The notes under the pieces are model-generated. The model had not been told where the DNA came from and ran no database searches. It was given only the letters and a program-made list of their open reading frames with translations. The translations under genes were made by a program, and so were the position numbers. Of a DNA stretch of 64,000 nt, positions 20,913 to 30,572 are shown in pieces; position 1 is the first letter of the stretch; each line of letters starts with the position of its first letter. Origin of the DNA: a virus; IMG/VR virus record IMGVR_UViG_3300046010_015054, positions 96,001-160,000 of that record. One strand, given 5' to 3'.

Positions 20913-21944
20913 CTAAATACCAAAATTTGTAGAATTATTTGTATTTGGTTCTATTCTTATTGTTGATAAATTAGGATCATCAGATGGTGCATTTGCAGAT
21001 CTAAATCTTGGATCTTGAGCATTATCTGCTGTTTCAGGAACATAAATTTCATTTGTATTTTTATCACTAATTTCCACATTAGGTAATAATTCAAATGGTG
21101 AAACATCAGTTTCAAGAGAAAAAATTAACTTACACTTATTATTAAATTTCTTTAAAGAAGCTAAGTCTTTTTGTACTGTGTCTGGGATTAGATATCCATA
21201 AAGTTTAATATCAAAAGAAGCACGAATTACTCTTTCGTCATTTTCTTTAATTTCAGTAGTTGTATTGAATTGATCAATACGAGCTTGAAACTGATATCTT
21301 GAAGGATTACCCCAGTATGAGTCTGAAGCGTATTCCATGGCTTCAACAATTTTATTTAATTGTTCCATGTAATAAGTATAAACTACACAAGAGTAGTTAA
21401 CAGTTACATAATCAGGAACTGTAACAGCATAAAATTGTTGTTCAGGAATTCTATTATTTAACACACCAAAATTTGAATAAAAATTTCGTGTATCATATTT
21501 TTTCTTCATTACAGCATATAAATTAGGATAATTTGCATCTAATTTATTAGCTATACTTCTATTTTTAATAATGTTATTTCTTTTAAACATTACCATAGGT
21601 GCCATAATAGCACCATTTTTATCCTTTAAATACCCATCTTTTAACATTGATTTCCATTTTTCAGGAGAACCATATATTACAGGAACTTCAATTCTGTTAC
21701 CATTTTGTATTACGTAAGGTTTAATTACATTTTGGAAATAATAAAGAATAGATTCATCTATATCTTGTAAACCTACAGTAAATGGTTTTACAGTATCACC
21801 TTCCCAACTTTGTTGAAGTGATCTGTTAGGCCCGTTAAAATTAGGATTTGCTAAATTAGGATCACCTAAAATAGCATTTTGCCCTGCATACTCATTGCTA
21901 AGTTGCTGTTGTGTTTTTGGAATAGGTTTTCTACTTTCGGGCAT
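20913..21944 (-). CDS. Tail sheath stabiliser / tail completion protein (T4 gp15-like)
   Basis: VPVIYGSPEKW motif, ...PDYVTVNYSC...YMEQLNKIVE; lies next to the neck genes. Confidence 0.6.
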   Translation of the reverse strand: MPESRKPIPKTQQQLSNEYAGQNAILGDPNLANPNFNGPNRSLQQSWEGDTVKPFTVGLQDIDESILYYFQNVIKPYVIQNGNRIEVPVIYGSPEKWKSMLKDGYLKDKNGAIMAPMVMFKRNNIIKNRSIANKLDANYPNLYAVMKKKYDTRNFYSNFGVLNNRIPEQQFYAVTVPDYVTVNYSCVVYTYYMEQLNKIVEAMEYASDSYWGNPSRYQFQARIDQFNTTTEIKENDERVIRASFDIKLYGYLIPDTVQKDLASLKKFNNKCKLIFSLETDVSPFELLPNVEISDKNTNEIYVPETADNAQDPRFRSANAPSDDPNLSTIRIEPNTNNSTNFGI

Positions 21945-22507
21945 TACATTCTTTCTAAAGTTATACTTACTTTATCAGCCGGTACATAGTGAGTTTGACA
22001 AGCTACAGCTACGTTATATCCAAAATTTCCTAAACCAGGATTAAATCCTGGGGGTTGGGTGTCATTTGGATAGTCTGGGTTTTTACCTAAGAAATATTGA
22101 GTTTCCCAAGCTCTATCTACTTCATAATATGAATTTTGATAATAAATTATGTCACCTGGTTGAGGTACATAATTAGCTCCATAGATGTTTCCAAAATCGT
22201 AATTTCTGTTAAAATCATAAAATTTTTCAAGTAAATCATCTCTTAAAAATTGGAAGATAGGTTTCCAAGAAAAGTCCACACCAAAATCACTAACAGGATT
22301 TTGTGATTCAGGTATATCAATAATACAATATAATAATACAGGACCTATATAAAATTTTTCTTGAGAAGCTTCGCCATAAATGTTTGAATTAGTTTGGCTA
22401 GGTCTATATTTGTAAAAAGCTGCTTGTTGAGATATAATATTACCCATCAACTCTCGGTTGATGTGTCTAAACATACTTATATCTCTTTTTTCTCCAAATA
22501 AAGCCAT
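21944..22507 (-). CDS. Neck / head-closure protein (T4 gp14-like)
   Basis: NIYGEA and PQPGDIIYY..YYEV motifs; synteny with gp13-like and gp15-like genes. Confidence 0.6.
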   Translation of the reverse strand: MALFGEKRDISMFRHINRELMGNIISQQAAFYKYRPSQTNSNIYGEASQEKFYIGPVLLYCIIDIPESQNPVSDFGVDFSWKPIFQFLRDDLLEKFYDFNRNYDFGNIYGANYVPQPGDIIYYQNSYYEVDRAWETQYFLGKNPDYPNDTQPPGFNPGLGNFGYNVAVACQTHYVPADKVSITLERM

Positions 22508-23727
22508 TATCCTATATAAATTGTCATTGGAACATTATTTAATTCTGATTTAGCGAATTCTGCTTCATCTTTTCTTCTTTCAAGACGTGCTTTACGAGAA
22601 GTTTCATCAAAATATTCTCTTAAACGAGCTATTAATTTATCTTTTTCGTCTTTAGCAGCAGCAATTAAATCACCACCATTAAGTGTTACAGCTGCTCCTG
22701 GGATAGGGATTTGGGAATATTTATTTCTTACATATCCCAACATTTCTTTAGCTTGAGCTAAAGTATATTCAAATATCCAAGAACGACCTATAGAATTTAT
22801 TTGAGAATAAACTGGGTTATTGTAAGGCATGTTAGATACATTTGTAATATATCCTGAACCTGATGCTCCACTACCAGTTTGTATAGAGTCTAAATATCTT
22901 TCACTCTTAATAATATATTCAAACCAGAAATTTACTCCATCATCTGCTGGAGTAGGTACTGGGAATACTTTAAGTTTATTATTTATAAGTTCAAAGCTAT
23001 AAGCTGAGAATAAAATATCGTTTCCAAGTTCTACTTCTTGGATTGCTGCTACGTTGTATGATAAAGGTGTTACAAAGAAATTTGTACCGGCTCCATAACC
23101 AGCCACACCACCTAAACCACCAAAGAAAGAGCCCCAACCGGCACCTAAACCAATACCACCTCCGTAGTAATAGTCTGCAGATGCAGGTACACCTTGATAA
23201 AAAACTCTTTTAATTTCAAGCTCACTACCAGAAATACCTCGATCTTCAGCCCATTGATTTAAATCATATTCTTGTACACTACCTGTTAAAATAACAGATC
23301 CGCTATACCAAGTTACATTACCCCCGGTTCCGGCTTCAGCACCATATTGTTCTGAAACTCTAATAATATTACTATAGTTTGGGGTAATACTAGCATTTTG
23401 AAAAGTATCTGGTGCTTCTTCTAGGGTCATTCCCTCGAAGTTTACAAGATTCTCTCTAACTAAATAAGCATAAAGTTCATTACCATAAACTGTAACCGCC
23501 ATTTCAAAAGCAGTCCAAAAGTTTAAATCTTGTAATTCTACGTTTTCAATAGGCCATCCTAATCTTCTAGCACAGAAGTTTGTGACACTATTTGCATCAT
23601 TTTGGAATTGTACATCATTATCATAAAACCCAAAAGGGGTAGGAGAAGGATACACATTCGATTGTGAAGTGTATAAATTTAAAGATTCTGTGAAATTTGA
23701 GGAGCCACTATATATAGGGATATTCAT
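22507..23727 (-). CDS. Neck protein (T4 gp13-like head-tail adaptor)
   Basis: RRLGWPIENVEL at the N-terminus; WIFEYTLAQAKEMLGYVRNKY..IPGAAVTLNG at the C-terminus. Confidence 0.8.
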   Translation of the reverse strand: MNIPIYSGSSNFTESLNLYTSQSNVYPSPTPFGFYDNDVQFQNDANSVTNFCARRLGWPIENVELQDLNFWTAFEMAVTVYGNELYAYLVRENLVNFEGMTLEEAPDTFQNASITPNYSNIIRVSEQYGAEAGTGGNVTWYSGSVILTGSVQEYDLNQWAEDRGISGSELEIKRVFYQGVPASADYYYGGGIGLGAGWGSFFGGLGGVAGYGAGTNFFVTPLSYNVAAIQEVELGNDILFSAYSFELINNKLKVFPVPTPADDGVNFWFEYIIKSERYLDSIQTGSGASGSGYITNVSNMPYNNPVYSQINSIGRSWIFEYTLAQAKEMLGYVRNKYSQIPIPGAAVTLNGGDLIAAAKDEKDKLIARLREYFDETSRKARLERRKDEAEFAKSELNNVPMTIYIG

Positions 23728-23769
23728 TCTGCCTTTTTGTTATAAATATCAAAAAGACAATAAATCAAA

Positions 23770-24492
23770 CTATTTTCTTGAAGTTCCTGATGTACCTAAT
23801 TGTACACCTATTTCTTTAGCCTCTTCATAGTAATTAATTAAATCCCCAACAATAGGATCTCTATGGTTTTGCTTTAAAGTAATAGCCTCTAAATTTTTAA
23901 TTTTTCTAGCTCCTTTATATAAGAATCTAAACCCAGAATCTTTTTTGTTTTTAAGGTCTACTTGAATATCGTCACCACAGATAATCATTTTAGATCGTAA
24001 ACCTATACGGGTTACAATCATTTCCATTTGCTCGTGGGTAACGTTTTGAGCTTCGTCTACAATAACAACACTATCAAGAAAAGTCCTACCGCGCATAAAA
24101 GATAAGGGTACAATTTCAAGAGATCCATCTTCGATAAGTTTTTCGACTTTGGTTTTATCATATAAGGCATACATGTTTTGGTAAATTGGTTGAATCCAGG
24201 GATCCATCTTTTCTCTTAGATCTCCTGGTAGAAAACCTATTTCTTCTTTTGAAACTGTTGGACGTGTAATGATAATTTTATCTACCTCTCTCATAAATAA
24301 TTTTTCGAGGGCAATTTGACACGCTAACAATGTTTTACCTGAACCGGCTGCTCCAGCTAATAATGTAACTGTACTTTGAAGTATTTTTGCTTTAGCTTCT
24401 TTTTGTTCTTGGTTTAATTCTATTTTAAATTTTATTGGGTTTTTTGGTTTACGTTTTTCTTTGAAAATATCTTCGTTAGATGTTGTATCCAT
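23770..24492 (-). CDS. phoH: PhoH-family ATPase
   Basis: GAAGSGKT, RP..EEIGFLPG, FMRGRTF, VDEAQN, GD..QVD motifs. Confidence 0.95.
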   Translation of the reverse strand: MDTTSNEDIFKEKRKPKNPIKFKIELNQEQKEAKAKILQSTVTLLAGAAGSGKTLLACQIALEKLFMREVDKIIITRPTVSKEEIGFLPGDLREKMDPWIQPIYQNMYALYDKTKVEKLIEDGSLEIVPLSFMRGRTFLDSVVIVDEAQNVTHEQMEMIVTRIGLRSKMIICGDDIQVDLKNKKDSGFRFLYKGARKIKNLEAITLKQNHRDPIVGDLINYYEEAKEIGVQLGTSGTSRK

Positions 24493-25210
24493 TTTTAAAA
24501 TTTATTTTTACTAGCTTATCTAAACCAGCATTTACGTGCATTGTATCTTCTAAAACTAATTCAAAGTCAAAACGTTCATCCAAAGGTAGAACTAAATCAA
24601 CTTGAGACCCCCATCTAATTAATGAGAATCTTTCATTTTGGGCAAACACATCATATTGTTTGTTTGTAAAAGGAGCTATAACATTTACATCCTCATCTGC
24701 GATTTGTACTAAATGATATGAATAATCTAAAGATGGAACATAAATTTTGTTGTACATTCTTTCATTAAACTTTAAATAATCCATATTATTAGGATTAATT
24801 GCAGCATTAAGAATGTCTTTTTCAACCGCTAACATGGGTTTATTTGTGCTTTCAATTGGGTCTAACGGCTTATACGTTAATACTCCCCCATATGGTATGC
24901 GATTAATGTGAACGTCGTAGAACGACATAAAAATGCCTATAACTAAACTAGGTACGTTATAATCTTTATCACCTATAACATCCTGAAGTGTGTAGTTCAT
25001 ACCTTTAATTTCAACTACAGGCTCTGATGGGTCTGTAATAAATTTTTGGTAAAGAATTGTACCATCAGCAGGACTATAAAAATGTTCAAAATCTATATAG
25101 TTAGGACGTAACGGGTCTCTAAAGAAGAATACATTTGATAATTCTCCGATAGGTAGTTTAGATAGTTCTTCTACTTCACCATCTAACCAATCTTCTAAAT
25201 ATTGGGCCAT
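24476..25210 (-). CDS. psd: Phosphatidylserine decarboxylase-family pyruvoyl enzyme (no membrane anchor)
   Basis: FFFRDP.R, SPADG, IFMS.YDVH.NR.P, NER and VQIA motifs, plus the self-cleavage site IRWGSQVDL. Confidence 0.82.
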   Translation of the reverse strand: MAQYLEDWLDGEVEELSKLPIGELSNVFFFRDPLRPNYIDFEHFYSPADGTILYQKFITDPSEPVVEIKGMNYTLQDVIGDKDYNVPSLVIGIFMSFYDVHINRIPYGGVLTYKPLDPIESTNKPMLAVEKDILNAAINPNNMDYLKFNERMYNKIYVPSLDYSYHLVQIADEDVNVIAPFTNKQYDVFAQNERFSLIRWGSQVDLVLPLDERFDFELVLEDTMHVNAGLDKLVKINFKNGYNI

Positions 25211-26124
25211 TAAACTAAACTTTTAGTGTAATCTACGTAGTTAAGGTGCATTACCATACATGAAAGAAGAGCACCTGATTTCATATATTCTGAGATATTG
25301 AATATAATAGGCTCCATTCCCTCGTTAGCACAAATTTTTTCTAGTGATTCAATCTTATGTTTTTCACCATCATACAATTCGTCTGTACGCTTTAATTCAG
25401 AAATGTTAGATGCTGCGAGAACCATATTTCCTAATCTTACAGCGTTTGTAATACCACCATATGCGTCATCAATATCAATATCAATGACCTCAGTTACAGA
25501 TTCCATAGCTTTAATTTCTTTAGGAGTAAAGAGTTCAGTACAAACTAAAGTTTTATCTTTAGATAATGGGAAAATAGAACAATCTAAGTGATATAGATAT
25601 TCATCTACCATTTTAACGGGGATAATGTTCATATTAAATTGTTCAGCCATCCACTCATATGTTTTGATATCTGAACGAATTCCGTAACCACCAATGTAGA
25701 TATTATCGTGTAAGTATTTTAAATCTGCCTCGCCTTCCCATTTATGAGGACACATGTGAGTATTGTAACCCATTAAATCAAAAAATGGTTTACCTACTTT
25801 CTCTTCACCTTGTCTTGGTTCTGAGGTAAAGTTAGATAAGACTATATTGTTTGAATCTTTAATGTGGGGTAAATAAATGCCTAAATTAGCTACATATACT
25901 TGATCCTGGAAGTTACCAGCGCTTGGTAAAAGATAGGTTAAAGAAGCACCGGACATAAAATTATACAAGTCTAAAAATTGCTTGTAAGCTTTACCTCTAT
26001 TGATTTTTAAATCTTCAGCTTCTAGTTCTTGCATCCAAACATTGTTTGGATTCGAGGTATCGAGCGTAAACGGGAAATTCATTACATAACTTGGTACCTG
26101 CAATTGCGAGGGAGTTTCTTTCAT
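25210..26124 (-). CDS. Amidinotransferase / arginine deiminase / DDAH superfamily enzyme
   Basis: DQVYVAN, R.GE, EGEAD, YHLD and KSGALLSC motifs with catalytic Asp/His/Cys; TAATG-coupled to the psd-like gene. Confidence 0.85.
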   Translation of the reverse strand: MKETPSQLQVPSYVMNFPFTLDTSNPNNVWMQELEAEDLKINRGKAYKQFLDLYNFMSGASLTYLLPSAGNFQDQVYVANLGIYLPHIKDSNNIVLSNFTSEPRQGEEKVGKPFFDLMGYNTHMCPHKWEGEADLKYLHDNIYIGGYGIRSDIKTYEWMAEQFNMNIIPVKMVDEYLYHLDCSIFPLSKDKTLVCTELFTPKEIKAMESVTEVIDIDIDDAYGGITNAVRLGNMVLAASNISELKRTDELYDGEKHKIESLEKICANEGMEPIIFNISEYMKSGALLSCMVMHLNYVDYTKSLV

Positions 26125-26188
26125 TATAATACTTTTAAGTTATACTTACTTAGTTCCCCTATAAATATAGTAAGGGTACTTAGAGTAG

Positions 26189-26216
26189 AAAAAGGCCTAG
26201 AAAATTCTAGGCCCTT
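26189..26216 (-). terminator. Intrinsic terminator
   Basis: GGCCTAGAA/TTCTAGGCC stem followed by TTTTT on the minus strand. Confidence 0.7.
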
Positions 26217-26235
26217 CTTTACAAATATTAAATTT

Positions 26236-27051
26236 TTATCCTATTCTACCAACAGTTAATATAACTGAAGGAACAGCAGGTCCTAAAGTAGGGGTTCCAT
26301 TATATAGAACAACAGCATTATTATCAGTGCCTGCCATTCTTAATTCATAATAATCTCCTGCTGAAGCTGAGAGATAAAAATTCCATGCAGCTACAGAGGA
26401 ATCATTAGATCCACCTCCTAAAGTAACTCCTGTATTACTATCATCAACATTATTTCCATTTTTTGCTAACCAAATATAAACTGTATTATTACTATTATTA
26501 GTTTTACTTAATTGAGCTGAAAATTGAAGATCATAGATTCCAGTATTAGCTATTTTAATTTGGGTTTTATCTGAGCCACTAATACTAATACCACTAGCAA
26601 AGTCTGTGGTACTATAAGACATTGAATAAACTGTATTAGTTACTGATAAAGATATAGATGCTGTATGATACGCTGATAGATAATAATTAGTAACCCCACT
26701 ACCACCTGAAGTTCCACTAGAACCTGATGTTCCTGAAGAACCTGAAGAACCAGATGTTCCACTTCCTGAAGTTCCACTAGTACCACTTGAACCGGACGTC
26801 CCTGAAATACCCGATGTTCCTGAAGTACCATTTATACCTGATGTACCTGAAGTGCCTGCAACTCCTGAAGTACCCGAAGAACCAGAAGTACCACTACCTG
26901 ATGTACCTGAGGTTCCACTAGTACCTGATGTTCCGGAAAGAAATTGTGAATATTCTACTTGTTTTGTGACACTATCTTGAACTACAACAAATAATTCATC
27001 TCCTACTAAAGGACCAGCTACAGGTAATTGAGATATAGGTAAATTAGGCAT
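26236..27051 (-). CDS. Probable head-decoration/fibre protein with a short SGT repeat and C1q/TNF-like C-terminal domain
   Basis: N-terminal PISQLP..L.GDELF.VVQ...TKQV fibre-attachment-type motif, ~80 aa of GTS repeat, GIYDLQFSAQL beta-sandwich motif; two genes downstream of the capsid gene. Confidence 0.6.
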   Translation of the reverse strand: MPNLPISQLPVAGPLVGDELFVVVQDSVTKQVEYSQFLSGTSGTSGTSGTSGSGTSGSSGTSGVAGTSGTSGINGTSGTSGISGTSGSSGTSGTSGSGTSGSSGSSGTSGSSGTSGGSGVTNYYLSAYHTASISLSVTNTVYSMSYSTTDFASGISISGSDKTQIKIANTGIYDLQFSAQLSKTNNSNNTVYIWLAKNGNNVDDSNTGVTLGGGSNDSSVAAWNFYLSASAGDYYELRMAGTDNNAVVLYNGTPTLGPAVPSVILTVGRIG

Positions 27052-27053
27052 AA

Positions 27054-27299
27054 TTAAGTTATTATTATTTTGGAATTATCTTCTTGTAAAATATAAAATA
27101 AATTTTCTTGAAGCAAGAAATTTTCATCTTCGGTTAAATCAACATCTCCTTTATTTTGATACGTAATCCAATTTTGTCGAGCAATAGTTAATTCATATAA
27201 ATATTGATTATAATATTTTACCTGTTCATTTAAAGGTAATTTTTTTATATGTTCAAATTGAACAAATTGTGGCCATAATATTTCTTCAAAAATATTCAT
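27054..27299 (-). CDS. Small virion-associated hypothetical protein (LLQE repeats)
   Basis: Likely start ATG 27299, just downstream of the ATATTTAT motif; the track's start at 27356 runs through the terminator. C-terminal FLLQENLFYILQED. Confidence 0.55.
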   Translation of the reverse strand: MNIFEEILWPQFVQFEHIKKLPLNEQVKYYNQYLYELTIARQNWITYQNKGDVDLTEDENFLLQENLFYILQEDNSKIIIT

Positions 27300-27321
27300 A
27301 TAATATAAATATTGTAAAATG

Positions 27322-27352
27322 AAATAAGAAAGCCCCGCTTTCGCGGGGCTCT
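27322..27352 (-). terminator. Intrinsic terminator after the major capsid gene
   Basis: AGCCCCGC-GAAA-GCGGGGCT followed by TTCTTATTT on the minus strand. Confidence 0.85.
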
Positions 27353-27373
27353 CCATTTCTATTCTAGGTTAGA

Positions 27374-29113
27374 TTAGAAGCTGGTTAAACCAGAAACGTA
27401 GATCTTACCATAGAATTCAGGACGTAACATCTTCTTAGCGTAGCGAGTCAAGAGACCTTTTCTTGGAGTGAAGGTTTCTGGATCGTAGATAAGAGGAGTC
27501 ATGATTAATGGAATGTAAGGAGCGAATACAGCACCAGCTTCCAAGAATTGAGTACCACGGAAGCCCATAAGAATTGTGTTTTCATTCATGTATGGGTTCT
27601 TGTATACAGTGTATCTGTTGTTGATAGCACCTGCTTTCTGTACACCAAAGGCGTAAGTCATTTTAGATACATCACCGTCAGAATTTGAAGCATATCCAGG
27701 GATAGATTCAAGAACTGTAGCTACAGTTGGAGAACATACTAAGAAGTTTGCACCACCACGAAGAGTTAACTGGTGAATCTTGTTAGATAACTTCTGCATC
27801 TTAGTACCAAGGGTTTGGAACCACTGGCCTTGAGTGTTGTAGTAACCACCGTTAGTAGCAGTTAACTGGCTAAAGTTATTAGTACCTGGATTGTAGAATT
27901 CGTTAGAAACTGCTGACCAGTACTCTGTACCTGCACCTGCGTCTTCAATTAACATGTCAAGGATTTCAAGGTCGATTTCAAGAGAAATGTACTCGCTCAT
28001 GATGTTAGTTAATTCAGCTTCGGCGTCAAGAGCTTGGTAAGCATTAAGGTCTTGTGCGAATTCTGGAGTCCATACTGCTTTTAACTTCTTGGTCTTAGCA
28101 ACAATTGCTTGTGACTGCATCTGGATGTTGATCTGTGGGATCGCGATTTGAGTTGCGTCAAGAGAGTTAGGAATGGCGTATGTGTTATCAGCTTCAAAGT
28201 CACCGATTTGGTATGGAGACATTGTAGTTGCCTTCTGGTAGAATACTTGGAAATTACCAGTAAGAGTACCAGCATTTAAAGCATTAACTGCAAGGTTTGC
28301 TAAAGCAGCTGAAGTTGTGAAGTAGAAACTAATAGTGTTAGCAGTGTAGTTGTAAGTAGTAAATGCTGGTAATAAGTTATCAGCAGTAAACGAACCTGAA
28401 ACAGGAACGAAACCTCTTACGGCATCTGGATCAAAGTTAGGAAGCTCTGTAGTAGCAGTAGCAACAGTTACTTTTAAGATTTGATTAGCAGCTGCTGAAG
28501 CTGATAATTCAGAATCAAAGTTTAACTGAGACCATAAAGAAGCAGAGGCCATAGATAATGAACCTGTACCTACTGATTCAGAGAACTGGTTGGTTGAGTA
28601 AGTAAACTTACCAGCACCATAAAGACCACCAGTGTTGTTTTCAGCTAAGTTGCTAACACCAGTAGAGAATGGATATTGTGCAGATCCAGTGTTTCCGTAA
28701 AGTGACTCACCAGCAGTAAATGGAGTTTTAGTATTACCATACTGGAAATCAAGGAAGAACACAAGGCCTGAAGGAAGGTTCATTGGCTGTACAGAAACGA
28801 ATTCTTTAGCAGCGATTTGACCAAATACCTTACGTACCAATGGAAGAGCTACACCAGCCCATTCAGCACCTGTACCTACTGTGAAGGCACCAGCACCGTT
28901 ACCTGAACCACCACCAGGGTTAGTTGAGGTTTCTACTACAAGCTGCTTAGCTTGGTTTTCAAGGATCATTGACATGTTGTTCTTGTCAGTCTCACTACCG
29001 AGACCTTCAAGTAAACCTGTCTTCTCCCACTTTGCAGCTAATTTAGCTGCGTCAGACTGAAGGTTTTTCCAACCAGCAGCTGATGACTCTAAAAGAGATT
29101 GAAGTTGTGACAT
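27374..29113 (-). CDS. gp23: Major capsid protein, T4 gp23 family
   Basis: KWEKTGLLEGL, ILENQ, VQPMNLPSGLVF, KLKAVWTPEFAQDLNAY, APYIPL and FTPRKGLLTRY motifs. Confidence 0.96.
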   Translation of the reverse strand: MSQLQSLLESSAAGWKNLQSDAAKLAAKWEKTGLLEGLGSETDKNNMSMILENQAKQLVVETSTNPGGGSGNGAGAFTVGTGAEWAGVALPLVRKVFGQIAAKEFVSVQPMNLPSGLVFFLDFQYGNTKTPFTAGESLYGNTGSAQYPFSTGVSNLAENNTGGLYGAGKFTYSTNQFSESVGTGSLSMASASLWSQLNFDSELSASAAANQILKVTVATATTELPNFDPDAVRGFVPVSGSFTADNLLPAFTTYNYTANTISFYFTTSAALANLAVNALNAGTLTGNFQVFYQKATTMSPYQIGDFEADNTYAIPNSLDATQIAIPQINIQMQSQAIVAKTKKLKAVWTPEFAQDLNAYQALDAEAELTNIMSEYISLEIDLEILDMLIEDAGAGTEYWSAVSNEFYNPGTNNFSQLTATNGGYYNTQGQWFQTLGTKMQKLSNKIHQLTLRGGANFLVCSPTVATVLESIPGYASNSDGDVSKMTYAFGVQKAGAINNRYTVYKNPYMNENTILMGFRGTQFLEAGAVFAPYIPLIMTPLIYDPETFTPRKGLLTRYAKKMLRPEFYGKIYVSGLTSF

Positions 29114-29134
29114 TTTGTTTATTGTTTTTTAAAA

Positions 29135-30388
29135 TTAAGATTTAATGATACCGGCAAGTTTCTGCCATCTCATAACTTGTTCTGTTGATTCAAGTATTGG
29201 TTGCTTATTGGTTGTTGGGGCAACACCAGCTGCTTTTGAAGCTAAACCTCTGATTGATTCATTAACAGGAGCTTTCTTTTCTTTAAGCTCGGTAGATAAT
29301 GTTTCAAATACAAGTTTAGTTTCTTTAACTGTTGCTGCTTTATCAAAAGCTTGCAATACTTTTATCTTTTGGTTTTCTGTAAGATTCTTTGCTCTGAAAA
29401 TCTTGTTAGTGTAAAGAAGTTTAGCATTTAAGAGTTTAACTTCATTTAAAGTTGAAGTTAATTCTTTAATGTTAGATTCCATTTCTTCTAAATCTTTTTC
29501 TTCTTTTCTAACATTAGAAGTAAAATTAGCAGGGAATACATCAGTTTTGTCAATAAATTTAAACATTTCATCATCGATTAAAGGACGACCTGCCGCAGCA
29601 TTATCCTTTACTCTTTTAATGAACATATTTACTTTATCCATTACATTCTCATCCATTGCTTCTTCCATCTTTTTCTTAGATTTTTCATAATCAGCGATAC
29701 CTTCTTCTTCAGCGGTGTCTTTTTTAATTTTACCACGCTTTCTAGAAGGAATATCACCTTTACCTCCGCCGTACATCTCATTCATAGTTTCTTCTTCAGC
29801 ATCCACTTCAATGTCCATATCCATTTCCATGTCATCTTCAGCTTCAAAGTTTTCACCGGCTTCAATTTCACCAGCTTTAACCATATCTTCGATTACGTCT
29901 TCAATAAGAGCTTTTAAATCTTCTTCGCTCATATCCTCTAGGTCGATTTCTTCTTCTTCGCCAGCTTCTTTACCTTTTTCGAATTCGTATTTTTCGTCGT
30001 CACCGACATACTTTTCTTCTTGGTCTTCAGCTTCGTTAAGTTGAGATTCTTCCTCGAGTTCTGCAAGGAGTTCTTCAAGATCCATCTCTTCTTCCATATC
30101 TGCTTCTCTCATCTTTTCGGTTTCCTTTTCAGGTTTATCATCGCCTTTAAGATCTTTACGCATCACTGGATTAGACATTTTCTCTTTGAGCTCCTCTTCT
30201 TCGTTGTACATCTCTTGACCTTCATAAGCTTCATCTTCGTCAAGTTCGGCAATTTTTGCCTTTAACTTTTCCGCAAGATAGGGAGCAAATGTTTCCTCAA
30301 GAGCTGCCTTGGCATTTGCGATGGCGGCTTCTTTTACAGCTTTAGCATCGGCAATGGCCTCGTTAAGTAGTTCTCTACTATTACTCAT
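29135..30388 (-). CDS. Prohead core scaffold protein (gp22-like)
   Basis: Acidic coiled-coil between the protease and capsid genes; EAIADAKAVKEAA, LNEVKLLNAKLLYTNK and RWQKLAGI motifs; many xxE cleavage-like sites. Confidence 0.75.
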   Translation of the reverse strand: MSNSRELLNEAIADAKAVKEAAIANAKAALEETFAPYLAEKLKAKIAELDEDEAYEGQEMYNEEEELKEKMSNPVMRKDLKGDDKPEKETEKMREADMEEEMDLEELLAELEEESQLNEAEDQEEKYVGDDEKYEFEKGKEAGEEEEIDLEDMSEEDLKALIEDVIEDMVKAGEIEAGENFEAEDDMEMDMDIEVDAEEETMNEMYGGGKGDIPSRKRGKIKKDTAEEEGIADYEKSKKKMEEAMDENVMDKVNMFIKRVKDNAAAGRPLIDDEMFKFIDKTDVFPANFTSNVRKEEKDLEEMESNIKELTSTLNEVKLLNAKLLYTNKIFRAKNLTENQKIKVLQAFDKAATVKETKLVFETLSTELKEKKAPVNESIRGLASKAAGVAPTTNKQPILESTEQVMRWQKLAGIIKS

Positions 30389-30519
30389 TGTCCACAAAAT
30401 TTGTTTGGGGGATACGTTTATTAAGAAACGTAATAAGGGTTATAATCACGGATGTCATATAAATTCATGACATATTACGATGATACGTATATCAAGATCT
30501 CTAAAAATCGCATCATATG

Positions 30520-30547
30520 AAAAAAATGGCCTTCCCGAAGGAAGGCC
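30520..30547 (-). terminator. Intrinsic terminator with C(UUCG)G tetraloop
   Basis: Minus strand reads GGCCTTCC-TTCG-GGAAGGCC-ATTTTTTT. Confidence 0.85.
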
Positions 30548-30572
30548 GCCCAAGGTAGCGCCCGAGGGAGAT

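Noticed and set aside
23770-23800. PhoH ends in GTSGTSRK, echoing the fibre repeat
   Set aside because: Only two triplets; too short to distinguish from chance.
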